From NCBI GenBank assembly GCA_963780815.1, contig CAWADG010000008.1, forward strand, positions 131,306 through 195,305: a stretch of DNA of 64,000 nucleotides, read 5' to 3'. Source of the DNA: an uncultured Solirubrobacterales bacterium. GTDB taxonomy: Bacteria > Actinomycetota > Thermoleophilia > Solirubrobacterales > 70-9. The notes beneath the pieces are model-generated. The model saw only the letters and a program-made list of their open reading frames with translations, was not told the DNA's origin and searched no databases. The position numbers and the translations under genes were made by a program. This document shows, piece after piece, positions 26,161 to 36,132 of this stretch. The number at the start of each line of letters is the position of its first letter. Within the stretch, counting starts at the first letter, position 1.

Positions 26161-26189
26161 TCCCCCCGCGGCTGCTCTAATGTCCTGGA

Positions 26190-26879
26190 GTGGCTTCCGG
26201 TAGACGCGCAGCCAAAACGGGCGAGCGCCTGCCACGGGGGCGTCACGGGCTACCGCGGGAGGCGGTGACCGAATCCCAGCGGCAGCGCATCCTCCAGGCG
26301 ATGATCGAGGTCGTCGCCGAGCGCGGCTACCCCGAGACGAGGGTCGTCGACGTGATCGAAGTCGCCGGCGTCTCGCGCAAGACCTTCTACGAACTGTTCA
26401 CCAGCAAGGAGGACTGCTTCCTCGCCTCCTATGACGTCCTGCTCGGGAACCTGCTCGGCGACACCGCCCGCGGGTTCGAGTCGAAGCCGGGGGCGCCGTG
26501 GGCGGAGCGGGTCGCCGCCGGGCTCGGGGCCCTGCTCGAGCACCTCGCCGAGCACCCCGACGAGGCGCGGTTCGCGATCGTCGAGGTGCTCGCCGCCGGG
26601 CCGAAGGCGCTCGCCCGGCGCGATGCCGCGCTGCGCCAGTTCACCGGCTTCCTCGACGCCGGCCGGGCCGAGACCTCGGTCGAGCTGCCGGGGATCACCT
26701 CGCTCTCCCTCGCCGGCGGCGTCAACGAGCTCCTCTACAGCGAGATCCTCCACGGGGCGGCCTCGCGGCTGCCGAGCCGGCTGCCCGACCTGATGTTCTG
26801 GATAACCCTTCCGTTCCTTGGCTCCGAGGGGGCCGGAAAGGAGCAGGAGCGAGTCCGGCTCTCGATGAGCGAGCGCTGA
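26190..26879 (+). CDS. TetR/AcrR-family transcriptional regulator
   Basis: HTH block RILQAMIEVVAERGYPETRVVDVIEVAGVSRKTFYELFTSKEDCFL. GTG start. Confidence 0.9.
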   Translation: MASGRRAAKTGERLPRGRHGLPREAVTESQRQRILQAMIEVVAERGYPETRVVDVIEVAGVSRKTFYELFTSKEDCFLASYDVLLGNLLGDTARGFESKPGAPWAERVAAGLGALLEHLAEHPDEARFAIVEVLAAGPKALARRDAALRQFTGFLDAGRAETSVELPGITSLSLAGGVNELLYSEILHGAASRLPSRLPDLMFWITLPFLGSEGAGKEQERVRLSMSER

Positions 26880-27028
26880 ATCGGCCTGTTAAGGCGCTCT
26901 TTTGCAGGTCTGCCCGGGTTTACTCAATGGATCCGAGCCTGTTAGTTTGGCCTCTGGAGGGGTAGAGGCAAAAGGCTCTACGGCCGGCGCACGCTGGCTT
27001 CGGCACTGAAAAGGAGATTGAGAGGTAT

Positions 27029-27802
27029 ATGCGCAAGCGCTTGATGTGGACACTCACCCTGGGTGCCGTGGTAGCGATCGCGTTCGCCGGAGTTTCGGCG
27101 GCGAAGCCGGTGGTCGTCAGCCTCGGCAACCTGGTGCTCAAATTCGACAGCTCGGTCAGCCCGAAGGCGCTGCCGAAGAAGGAATTCGCCCCGATCAGCT
27201 TCAAGCTGAGCGCGAACATCTCGACCAAAGACGGCAAACACCCGCCGGCGGCGAAGACGTTCTCGGGCGACGTCGACAAGAACGGCATGCTCGACACCAA
27301 GGGCCTCCCGGTCTGCAAGGCCGGTGCGCTCGAGGCGCGTCCGACCAGCCAGGCGAAAGCGGCCTGCAAGGACTCGCTGATCGGCGAAGGCTCGGCATCT
27401 GCCGAGGTCGAATTCGCCGAACAGGCGCCGTTCACCGCGAAAGGCCCGCTGCTGGTCTTCAACGGCGGCACCAAGGGCGGTAAAACGCTGATCCTCGTCC
27501 ACGTCTACGCCAACGTGCCGGCGCCGACGGCCTTCATCACCAAGGTCTTCGTCACCAAAGAGCACAAGGGCAAGTACGGGATGCACCTCGAATCGAAGAT
27601 CCCGGTGGTCGCGGGCGGTGCCGGCTCCCTGACCAATTTCGAAATCACGAACAAGAAAATCTTCAACTACAAGGGGAAGAAACACAGCTACTTCAACGCC
27701 AAATGCCCGACCGGCACCCTGTTCGGTCAGGGTGAAGTCAGCTTCAGCAACGGCGACAAGCTCAAAGGCTCGGTCGTCGTGCCCTGCACGCCGAAGGGCT
27801 AG
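27029..27802 (+). CDS. secreted four-Cys hypothetical protein, Lys-rich (paralog of 41099..41869)
   Basis: Signal peptide and a strong SD (aaggag...gagagg). Alignable to the ORF at 41099 over its whole length (APISF, KGLPVC and conserved Cys positions). Confidence 0.8.
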   Translation: MRKRLMWTLTLGAVVAIAFAGVSAAKPVVVSLGNLVLKFDSSVSPKALPKKEFAPISFKLSANISTKDGKHPPAAKTFSGDVDKNGMLDTKGLPVCKAGALEARPTSQAKAACKDSLIGEGSASAEVEFAEQAPFTAKGPLLVFNGGTKGGKTLILVHVYANVPAPTAFITKVFVTKEHKGKYGMHLESKIPVVAGGAGSLTNFEITNKKIFNYKGKKHSYFNAKCPTGTLFGQGEVSFSNGDKLKGSVVVPCTPKG

Positions 27803-27841
27803 CGGGAAGGCGGCTCTGCCCGCCCGAGAGAAGCATTAGGA

Positions 27842-27870
27842 GAGGGCGGCCTACGGGCCGCCCTCTTTGG
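27842..27870 (+). terminator. GC-rich hairpin (gagggcggcc-tacg-ggccgccctc) plus short T run
   Basis: Perfect 10-bp stem at 27842-27851 / 27856-27865, followed by tttgg, 40 nt after the stop at 27802. Confidence 0.5.
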
Positions 27871-28682
27871 TGCGAGTACGGAGCGCCGGACGGCGCTCCG
27901 GTCTTCTATTTCCACGGCATCCCGGGCTCACGGATCGACGGCGGCATCACTGCCGATGCGATTGCCGCCGCGGGTCTGAGGTTGATCGCACCTGACCGCC
28001 CTGGCTTCGGCGGCTCGACTCCCGTGCCAGGCGAGCGCTCGTATACCGGGTGGGCTTGCGACGTCGCAAGCCTCGCAGAGGGACCCGGTATCGACAGGTT
28101 CGCCATCGTGGCCTACTCGGCCGGCGGCCCGTACGCGCTCGCAGCGGCGGTCTTACTCGGGGACCGAGTCACCCACCTTGCCATCGTCAGCGGCGTCGCA
28201 CCTTCAGAGATGCCCGACTACCGCAAGAGGGTGTGTTCCACAGACAAGACCATGACGTTCCTATCGCTGCGAGCACCGTGGCTCGCTCGCCTTCTCATGG
28301 ACCGAGCCCTCAAGCAGGCAAGGCAAGGCCCGGAGCGTTCGGCAAGAGCGTGGATCGCGATTTCCGGGCCTCCGCTGACCAGGAGCTGCTGGACGACGGC
28401 TTTCGGCGCCTGATGCCTGAGCTTTTCCTCGGAGCCGGGAGTACCGGTCCTGCGGGAATAGTCGAGGACTTTGCCGTTTGGGCACGGCCATCCGGTCTGA
28501 CACTCGGAGACGTCAATACACCGCTCCACCTCTGGCACGGCGAGGACGACCGCACCGTCTCGGTTTCCCACAGCCGCTGGATCGAGTCGCAGGTCCGATC
28601 TGCGGAGCTCACCGTCTGGCCCGGCGTGGGCCACCTCCACACTCCCGAGCGCTGGGCCGAGGTCTACACGACTCTCAGCTGA
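27871..28682 (+). pseudogene. alpha/beta hydrolase pseudogene (5' truncated, one frameshift)
   Basis: Frame 1 reads CEYGAPDGAPVFYFHGIPGSR...IVAYSAGG... with no start codon after the upstream TAG. Homology then continues in another frame (...FGKSVDRDFRASADQELLDD...LHLWHGEDDRTV...GVGHL). The switch is at a gcaag-gcaag duplication at 28318-28327. Confidence 0.8.
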
Positions 28683-28723
28683 ACGCACATGCTGCGGGCG
28701 GCGCTCCCCGAGGGCGTCCGGCG

Positions 28724-30271
28724 CTAGCCGCCCTGTTCGAAGGTGTGCTGGTAGGTGGTCGCCGGCCGGCCGCCGCCGAAGATCGGTTCGAACGGGGCCT
28801 GGGCGGTGCATCCCGGCGCCGGCACCGTGGTCGTGCTGTCCTGGCTGGCGAAGGCGTACTGGCGGAGGCGGTTGAAGAGGTCGGTCGCTTTGTCGACCTT
28901 CCCTTCGGTGCGTTCGTTGAAGGCCGCTTCGTTCGGCGTGTTCGGGTTGAGCGAGGCGGAGATGCCGCCCGAGCACTGGCGGGTCTCGAAGCTGAGCAGC
29001 CCGGTCGCGAGGCTCTTCGAGGAGCCCGGCTGGATGTAGGCGTTGGTGCGATTGGTGGTGCGCCGCCCCGGCATCGTCGCCAGCGACTCTGGCGTGAACG
29101 GCCCCATCACCCGCAGGTAGTGAATCTGCTTGCTGTTCGACCCGATGTGGACGGCGTTGGTGGCGGCGGCGGCGTTCGCCATCGAGGCGGCGAGCTCGCG
29201 TCGGTACTGGCCGAGGCCGGTGAGGATCGGGTTGATGTTGCGGATGAAGGGCTGGGAGGCGCGCAGGAGCGGCGGGAACTGGTCGCGGAAGAGCTTGCGG
29301 AACGCGGTGAACCCGTTCGAGGACTCGTCGATCACCGGCAGCAGGCCCTTGAAGAAGCCTTCCGCTTCCGGTGAGAACTTGGCGAGGGCGATCAGCGTCG
29401 GCGAGAGCTGTTCGGCTGCCGGCACCAGCTGGCGGATCAGCGGGTCGGTGTTGACCGAGAACGTGCGGAGGCGGTCGAGCGTGGTCCGGAACTCGTCGAG
29501 GAAGGTGGGGAAGGCGCGGAACAGCGCTTCGATGTCCTGTTCGCGGGTGGCCGTGGTCTGGAAGACGGCGTTCGAGCTCTGGATCAGGTCGGCGAGCGCG
29601 CCTTCGCGGCCGCGGAATGCCTGCAGCGCGGTGGCGCTGTTGCGGAACAGCTGCCGGACCGCCAGCTCCTGGCTGTCGAGGACGCGGAAGAGTTTGTCGA
29701 ATTCGGTCAGGGTCGGCCCGAACTGGCCGAAGGCGGCGGAGAGGTCCTGGCCCCGCCCCTCGATCGCGATCGCCGCGTTCCTCATCCATTCCTGGAACGC
29801 GGCGCGCGTCGGTGCGTTGAAGGTGCGGAAGATCTCGTCGAGCTGGACCGATTCGGCGATGTTCGCCTCGGGCAGGGTGCCGCCGTCTTCGAGCGGGGGT
29901 TCGGAGCTGCTGCCCGGAGTCAGTTCGATGTAGGTCTCGGCGAGCAGCGTCTTGGTCCGCAGGATCGCCCGCGTGTTCTGCGGGATCGGGCCGTACTTGT
30001 CCTCGATGTCGACCGTGGCCAGCGCCTGCTGGCCGTTCGGCGAGACGTCGATCGACTGGACTTTGCCGATCGAGACGCCGGAGATCCGGACGTCGGACTG
30101 CTGGGCGAGCTGGGTCGCCTCCTTGAACGGGATCTTGATCTCGTACGGCTTCGCTTTGAACGGCGTCGGGCCGCCGAACGTGATCCACATGAAGAGCAGG
30201 ATCCCGAAGCACGAGAAGGCAAAGCCCGTGATCACGAGCAGCTGGGTTGTGCTTGGCGCCTTCTTGCTCAT
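28724..30271 (-). CDS. MCE-family protein (6th of six)
   Basis: N-terminal TM followed by an MlaD/MCE domain (FKEATQLAQQSDVRISGVSIGKVQSIDV...TLLAETYIEL) and a long helical C-terminal region. ATGA overlap with the upstream gene. Confidence 0.9.
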   Translation of the reverse strand: MSKKAPSTTQLLVITGFAFSCFGILLFMWITFGGPTPFKAKPYEIKIPFKEATQLAQQSDVRISGVSIGKVQSIDVSPNGQQALATVDIEDKYGPIPQNTRAILRTKTLLAETYIELTPGSSSEPPLEDGGTLPEANIAESVQLDEIFRTFNAPTRAAFQEWMRNAAIAIEGRGQDLSAAFGQFGPTLTEFDKLFRVLDSQELAVRQLFRNSATALQAFRGREGALADLIQSSNAVFQTTATREQDIEALFRAFPTFLDEFRTTLDRLRTFSVNTDPLIRQLVPAAEQLSPTLIALAKFSPEAEGFFKGLLPVIDESSNGFTAFRKLFRDQFPPLLRASQPFIRNINPILTGLGQYRRELAASMANAAAATNAVHIGSNSKQIHYLRVMGPFTPESLATMPGRRTTNRTNAYIQPGSSKSLATGLLSFETRQCSGGISASLNPNTPNEAAFNERTEGKVDKATDLFNRLRQYAFASQDSTTTVPAPGCTAQAPFEPIFGGGRPATTYQHTFEQGG

Positions 30272-31680
30272 GGTTCGGCGGTCGGGCCGCAGAAGTAGGG
30301 GGTGTGCGATGCCGGGTCCGGCGGAATCGGCGGGATTTCTTTCGCCCGCGGGATCCGGGTCGCTTCGACGATCGTCTTCAGGTATGGCGACTCCGCGGTG
30401 ATCCCTTTCGCGAGGTTCGTCCCGTTGCAGGTGATCATCGCCAGCGCCCGCTGGACCGGCCCGTTGGCGTCCTGGAAATAGCCGGCGTTGAGGTTGTGGA
30501 TGCCCCAGGGCGCGTAGAAGAGGAAGCTCTCCTTCCCCTTCGGCTTGAAGGCGAGCAGGTTGAAGAAGCTGTTGAGGCCGCTGAGCGAGTTGCCGAAGCC
30601 CTTGACCGTCTTGGCCAGCGGCTCAGCCCCCTGCTTGGCGTGGACGAGGACGGGCCGGACTTCGCGGGTGAACGGCCGGATCTGGTTCTCGATCGGCCCC
30701 TTCGTCTGTTCGAAGAGCCGCTCCGAGGCGGCGAACGCCGGGCCAAGTGCCTGCGCCTGCGGGATCAGGCCCAGCAGCGCCGGGCGCGCCGCGGTCGAGA
30801 ACGCGTCGGAGCTGGCGAGGGCCGACTTGAGCACCGTCAGGGCCTGCGGGAACTCGATCAGGGCCTGCTGGATCGACTGCTGCTGGTTGGCGAAGTTCCC
30901 GAGTGCCGCCCGCGAGGAGGAGACGAATCGTTCGATCTCGCGGTCGTGGCGGCCGAGTTCGGTCGTCAGCTGGCTGAAGTGGTGGATCGCCCCTCTCAGC
31001 GCGACCCGCCGCTGGGCCAATACCGTGTTCAGTTTGGCGATGAAGTGGGCGAACGGCTGCAGCCGCCGGAACGCGCCCGAGAGCTGGTGGGCGCGGCCAC
31101 CGATGCCCTGCGCGCCGCCGGCGACCAGCAGCTGGATGTACTGCTGGGTGTCCTTGTCGAGCGTCGCGAAGAAGGCATCGAGGTTGACGTTCGGCTGGGT
31201 CTGCGAGAGCGGGAAGGTGAAGCCGTCTTCGACATGACCAGGCGCCTTGCCGGGTTCGACCTCGATTGCCATATCGTTGAGGTTCGTTTTCGGGCGCAGC
31301 AGAAGAGACGCGTCCGGGTGGATCAGCTCCAGGTACTTCGGTTCGATGTCGAGACCGACCACAGCGTGGCCGTCTTCGAGCGAGACGGTGCTGATCTTGC
31401 CGACCTTGACCCCTGCGATCACCACAGCCTGGCCCTGGCCCGGGGTGACCGCCTGGGCGCTGGTGAAGTCGGCGCTGAGGTGGGCGAAGTCTTCGCCGAC
31501 GAACGGTGCCCACGACGGCAGCGAGGCTTTCTGCTGGGCGAAGATCCAGAGCGTCAGCGCCACCGCGAAGAAGGTGAGGACGGCGATTGCAATCGAGTCT
31601 TTGCCGCGGCCGCGGGCCTGCCGGCCGAGGGCGGACCGGAAGTGCCTGAAGCGGTTGGTTTTTTCCTCGGGCAGGGTCAT
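30268..31680 (-). CDS. MCE-family protein (5th of six)
   Basis: TM followed by an MCE domain (VVIAGVKVGKISTVSLEDG...LLLRPKTNL). ATGA overlaps at both ends. Confidence 0.9.
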   Translation of the reverse strand: MTLPEEKTNRFRHFRSALGRQARGRGKDSIAIAVLTFFAVALTLWIFAQQKASLPSWAPFVGEDFAHLSADFTSAQAVTPGQGQAVVIAGVKVGKISTVSLEDGHAVVGLDIEPKYLELIHPDASLLLRPKTNLNDMAIEVEPGKAPGHVEDGFTFPLSQTQPNVNLDAFFATLDKDTQQYIQLLVAGGAQGIGGRAHQLSGAFRRLQPFAHFIAKLNTVLAQRRVALRGAIHHFSQLTTELGRHDREIERFVSSSRAALGNFANQQQSIQQALIEFPQALTVLKSALASSDAFSTAARPALLGLIPQAQALGPAFAASERLFEQTKGPIENQIRPFTREVRPVLVHAKQGAEPLAKTVKGFGNSLSGLNSFFNLLAFKPKGKESFLFYAPWGIHNLNAGYFQDANGPVQRALAMITCNGTNLAKGITAESPYLKTIVEATRIPRAKEIPPIPPDPASHTPYFCGPTAEP

Positions 31681-33188
31681 GGGTTCGTCGCGCTCAGGAC
31701 CGGCGGGCCGGGCTGGCCGAGCGACCCGTTCAGGTCGGGGGCGGGGTTGGAATCACAGCGGACTTCGGGCTTCTTCGGCGGGCGGCCACCGAGCTGCGGT
31801 TGGACGCCGATCGGCGCCACTGCCGAGTGGGCGAACACTTCTTTTTCGGTCTTCAGCGCGCCACTGGGGTTGGCGCCATGCAGCAGCAGGGAGCCGCCGC
31901 CCGGCTGGACGCGGAGGAAGTAGCCGTTGCCGTCGAAGTTCTGGCCCTGGCCGTCGAGGAGGAGCAGCCAGTAGAGCAACTCGCGATAGGCGGGGCCGCC
32001 GGTGCTGAACCGGTCGTTGATCGTCTGGTCGAAGGTCGGGGTGAGGACCCGCGAGGTGCAGAGGCTGATCCGGTTGAGCTGCGGCAGGGCGTTCACCTTG
32101 CCGGCCTGTGTGGCCGCGGCGAGGCCGGGGGTCGCTTCGGCGAGCAGCCTGGCGATGCCGCCGCCCTCCTGGTCGGAGAGCGCCGCGAAGGCCTGCTTGG
32201 TCCACGGCTCCCCGGCGGAGATCAGCCCCGGCAGGCGGGCGATCGCCGGCCGGATCTCGATCGCCCAGGCGCGCAGCGGCGGCAGCGTCTTGTTGAGGCT
32301 GGTGAGCGAGGCGCGGCTGGTGCTGAGGGCGGGGGCGAAGCGGCGAATCGTTTCCGAGAGGTTTTCCGACTGCGCGGCGAGCGCCCCGGTGAAGGTGTTG
32401 AAGTTGTCGATCAGACCCTGGAGGTCGGCCTCGTTGGCGACGAAGGCGCCGAACGTGCGGCCCGTCCCGGCGACCAGGCGCGGCAGGTCCTGCGGCCCGT
32501 TGCCGAGCAGCGCGTCGGCGACCTGGGCGCCGTAGCGGCCGGCCGGGCCGGCATAGCGCAGCGCCCCGTTGAGGCCGGCGGCGCCGGTCTTGCCTTTGAC
32601 CTCGGGCAACTGGGTCGCGTCTTCGGCCGCGGTCGGGACGTCGGAGAGGGCGCCGCCGAATGCTTCCAGGGCGCGGCTGAAGTTGGCGCGCACCGGCGAC
32701 TGCAGCGAGGTGAAGATTTCGTCGATCTGGACCGCGGTCGAGGTGCGGCTGACCGGAATCGTTTCGCCGCTGTCCATCTCCGGCGCGCTGGGGCTGCCGG
32801 GGTCGAGTTCGATGAAGAAGTTCCCCTCGAGGAAGATCCGCGGTTTGATCACCGCGTAGGCGTCCTTGTGGATCGGGCGCCCGCTGCCGCTGACGGTGAA
32901 GCTGACCTTGGTGGCGTCGCCGTCGGCTTCGGTCTTGATCACTTTGCCGACGTCGACCCCGGCGATCCTGACCGGCGAGTTTTTCGAGATGTTCGCCGAG
33001 TTGGAGAAGGCCGCGTTGAGCTCGTACCCGTAGCTCGTGAAGGGGATGTGTTTGGTGAACGCCAGGTACGGCCCGACGATGAAGATGACGAGGAAGATGA
33101 TCGCGATCCCGACGTTGCTCGGACGCCAATTGATCAGGCGCTTCTTCGTTTCCGCCGCCCGTATGTCACGCTCCGGAAGGCGTCCCAT
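31677..33188 (-). CDS. MCE-family protein (4th of six)
   Basis: ATG at 33188 (MGRLPERDIRAAETKKRLINWRPSNVGIAIIF...). MCE domain SPVRIAGVDVGKVIKTE. TGATG overlap with the upstream stop. Confidence 0.9.
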   Translation of the reverse strand: MGRLPERDIRAAETKKRLINWRPSNVGIAIIFLVIFIVGPYLAFTKHIPFTSYGYELNAAFSNSANISKNSPVRIAGVDVGKVIKTEADGDATKVSFTVSGSGRPIHKDAYAVIKPRIFLEGNFFIELDPGSPSAPEMDSGETIPVSRTSTAVQIDEIFTSLQSPVRANFSRALEAFGGALSDVPTAAEDATQLPEVKGKTGAAGLNGALRYAGPAGRYGAQVADALLGNGPQDLPRLVAGTGRTFGAFVANEADLQGLIDNFNTFTGALAAQSENLSETIRRFAPALSTSRASLTSLNKTLPPLRAWAIEIRPAIARLPGLISAGEPWTKQAFAALSDQEGGGIARLLAEATPGLAAATQAGKVNALPQLNRISLCTSRVLTPTFDQTINDRFSTGGPAYRELLYWLLLLDGQGQNFDGNGYFLRVQPGGGSLLLHGANPSGALKTEKEVFAHSAVAPIGVQPQLGGRPPKKPEVRCDSNPAPDLNGSLGQPGPPVLSATNP

Positions 33189-34606
33189 CAGCCGTTCCCC
33201 CCCTGTCCGGAGGTCCTCGTGCCCTGGTTCCCGGGCACGTTTCCGATCCGCGTCACGCCCTTTTCGTAGATCACGTTGCCGGCCTCGCACTCATGGGTCT
33301 GGCCCGGCGCCGCCGTGTTCGGATAGAGGTTCGCGTGGAGGTGGTTCTCTTTTTCCGGCCCGTTCGCCGGCGCCGAGGCGGGCATCGTCTCGCCATTGGG
33401 CCCGGATGGCCCCTCGTTGGCGAGGGCGCCGGCCCAGTTGCCGACGCCGTTCGTTTCGCTGAAGATGCTGGTCAGGTTCCTGAAGGCGATCGTCAGGTAG
33501 TTGCAGACGGTCTGCGCCGGGGCGAGGAATCGGATCGGCGGCTTCAGCAGTTCGTTGGCGTCGATCAGCAGGTTGAGCCCTTCGGTGACGCCGGGGGCTT
33601 CCTGGAAGGCGAGCAGGGCGTCGGCCGTCGGCTCGAGCTGGGAGAACAGCGCCGGCGACTGGTTGAGCGCCGGCACGCCGGCGCGAAGCGCGGCGTTGAT
33701 CGTCGGCGAGGTGTCGGCGAGCGCCTTTGCCCCGGGGGCGAAGACGGTGAAGAAGCGCGCGGAATCGTGCAGGAACGGACGCAGCACCGGCAGGTCGCGG
33801 GCGGCGGCGTCGAGGAACGGCGGGCCTTTCTCGATCGTTTCCTGGATGAACGGCCGCGCGACGCGGGCGAAGGCGCCGAAGGTCCGGTCGAGGGCGACGA
33901 AGAGGTCGGAATTGGTCAGCGCGACCGGGGCGACGGTCGAAGCGAGGTCCTCGAGCGCGCGCCAGAAGCCGTCGAAGTTGGTGCTGGGGGCGACGAGGGA
34001 GCGCAGGACCGGGGCGCTGCTTTCGGTGAGTTTGCGCAGGGTCCCGAGCGCTTCGTTCAGCTGCGGCCCGCGACCGGCGAAGGCGTTGCCGAAGCCGGTC
34101 AGGTTGCGCTGGACATTGGTCCGCGTTTCTTCGTTGAACATGCTGAAGAACTGGTCGATGTCGACCGGTTCCGGCTTCGCCTGGGCGAGCGGGATCGTGT
34201 CGCCTGCCGCAAGGTCTTCGGAGGAGTTGCCGGGCGTAATCTGCAGGAACTTCAGCCCGAGCGGCGACTTCGGGCGGATGATCATCGTCGAGTCGACCGG
34301 GAGCGGTTCGGCGCTCTTGTCGAGCTTGAGGTCGAGTTCGGCCACGGCTTCCCCGTTCGGGAGCTGGACCGGCTTCACGGCGCTGATCGTCCCCACCCGC
34401 GAGCCGCCGATCCTGACCTCGTTGCCTTTGACCAGCGCGTTCGCGTTCGGGACCCTCGCCTTGATGTCGTAGGTGGAGACGAACGGGAGGCCGTTGTTCG
34501 CGTTGTAGGCGAGGAAGACGGCGACGATCACGACCAGCACCGTCACCGCGCCGACGATCACCGGGCTCGTCGCCACTCCCTGGATTCCGCTGCGTCGGCC
34601 CTTCAT
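33188..34606 (-). CDS. MCE-family protein (3rd of six)
   Basis: ATG at 34606 (MKGRRSGIQGVATSPVIVGAV...). MCE domain NEVRIGGSRVGTISAVKPV. ATGA overlap with the upstream stop. Confidence 0.9.
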   Translation of the reverse strand: MKGRRSGIQGVATSPVIVGAVTVLVVIVAVFLAYNANNGLPFVSTYDIKARVPNANALVKGNEVRIGGSRVGTISAVKPVQLPNGEAVAELDLKLDKSAEPLPVDSTMIIRPKSPLGLKFLQITPGNSSEDLAAGDTIPLAQAKPEPVDIDQFFSMFNEETRTNVQRNLTGFGNAFAGRGPQLNEALGTLRKLTESSAPVLRSLVAPSTNFDGFWRALEDLASTVAPVALTNSDLFVALDRTFGAFARVARPFIQETIEKGPPFLDAAARDLPVLRPFLHDSARFFTVFAPGAKALADTSPTINAALRAGVPALNQSPALFSQLEPTADALLAFQEAPGVTEGLNLLIDANELLKPPIRFLAPAQTVCNYLTIAFRNLTSIFSETNGVGNWAGALANEGPSGPNGETMPASAPANGPEKENHLHANLYPNTAAPGQTHECEAGNVIYEKGVTRIGNVPGNQGTRTSGQGGNG

Positions 34607-36132
34607 CGTCCCAGCGTCCTCATCAGTTCTTCGGGTGACGGGGCGGTCGAGATCCCGGGCCCAAGTCCTTCGCCGCCACCAAGCTGAGGACCGGTCGGCG
34701 TCGAGGGGGACAGGGACGGTGCGGGCGGGCCGACCGAGGACGTGCCGGCCGCGGTCCCGCCGCTCTGTTCGGCTTCCATTTCTTCGATGTGGGCCATGAT
34801 CGCCGCCGGGTCGTTGACCGACGATTCGACCGCGTTCGGCCCGGTGAAGTTGGCCGAGCAACCGCTCTTGGCCGAGAGGCGGTATTCGGCGCAGTCGACG
34901 ATCGTCACCAGGGTGCGGAGGAAGTGGCCGTATTCGTCGAATTCGCTGGTGGCGGCGGCGCCGTTGTAGATCAGGTCGACCAGCGATTTGAACCCGTTCG
35001 ACTGGTTGGTGCTGGCCAGGAAACGGGCGAGTTCGGAGGTCGGCACCACGCCGCTTTTCGCCAGGTTGCGCGCCTTGCGGACGATCGGGTCGGCTTCGGC
35101 GAACTTGGGGCCGGCGAGTTCGCCGCTCGCTCCCAGCGACTTCAGCGAGACGGTCGCCGCGGCGCTGAACGGCGTCAGCGCCCGGGTCGCTTCGGTCAGC
35201 GCCGGGGTCGCGCGGTTGAGGTCGCCGAACACCGGCGTCGCCGCGGTCGAGAAGCCCTGCAGGCTCCGCAGCGTCGACTCGAATTCGGTGATGAAGCCGG
35301 GCAGCTTCTGCAGCGAGGCTTCCAGTTCCTGGCCCCGTTCGGCGCTGGCTTCGGCGGTCGCGCCGGAGTTCGAGAAGAAGCCGGCGACGTGGGCGCGCTG
35401 TTCGGCGAACGGTTCGAGGATCTGCTCGGAGTTCGTCGAGAGCTGGGCAAGCTGGTCGCGCTGGTTGGAGAGGATCTGAAACAGGTGGCCGGCGTCGCGG
35501 AGTACCGGGTTGGCGCGCCTGACGGCCTGCTCGACATCTTCGCCGCGGCCGGCGAGGGTGGCGCCGAGTTCGTTGATGATCAACCGGAAGCGCTGCGCGT
35601 AGGGCAGCCGCTGGATGTCGTTGACGAGGTCGGGGTCGACGCTGGCGCTGTTCTGCTGCAGGGGCAGCAGGTGCTGGCCGGCACCGGGCTGGCCGTCGGG
35701 GATCACCTTCAGCGGCGGCGACTTGTCTTCCGTGCCCGCGGCATGCGGCAGCGTCGTCCGGCAGTCGACGTACTTCTCGCCGATCAGCGACTGGGGGCGG
35801 ATTTCGCAGGACGCGTCCTGGCGAAAGTCCTGGAAGCCCGGGTCGTCGATCTTCAACACCAGCACCGCCTTGCCCGGCGCGTCGGTGAAGCGGCCGTTTT
35901 CGTAACTGGCCACCTCGCCGGGCATCGTCACGCCGACCGACTGGATCGTCCCGACGCTGGCGCCGGCGACGCGCACTTCCTCGCCCGGGACTAGGAACGA
36001 GCCGTTGTCGAATATCGCCCGCACGAGGTAGCCGTTTTCGGACCTGCTGCCCGAGATCAGGACGATCAGCAGGACGATCGCGGCGACGACGCCGATGCCG
36101 ATCAGGGTTTTCTTCCGGCTCCTCTTCTTCAT
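34603..36132 (-). CDS. MCE-family protein (2nd of six)
   Basis: ATG at 36132 (MKKRSRKKTLIGIGVVAAIVLL...). MCE domain EEVRVAGASVGTIQSVGV. Pro-rich tail. ATGA overlap. Confidence 0.9.
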   Translation of the reverse strand: MKKRSRKKTLIGIGVVAAIVLLIVLISGSRSENGYLVRAIFDNGSFLVPGEEVRVAGASVGTIQSVGVTMPGEVASYENGRFTDAPGKAVLVLKIDDPGFQDFRQDASCEIRPQSLIGEKYVDCRTTLPHAAGTEDKSPPLKVIPDGQPGAGQHLLPLQQNSASVDPDLVNDIQRLPYAQRFRLIINELGATLAGRGEDVEQAVRRANPVLRDAGHLFQILSNQRDQLAQLSTNSEQILEPFAEQRAHVAGFFSNSGATAEASAERGQELEASLQKLPGFITEFESTLRSLQGFSTAATPVFGDLNRATPALTEATRALTPFSAAATVSLKSLGASGELAGPKFAEADPIVRKARNLAKSGVVPTSELARFLASTNQSNGFKSLVDLIYNGAAATSEFDEYGHFLRTLVTIVDCAEYRLSAKSGCSANFTGPNAVESSVNDPAAIMAHIEEMEAEQSGGTAAGTSSVGPPAPSLSPSTPTGPQLGGGEGLGPGISTAPSPEELMRTLGR

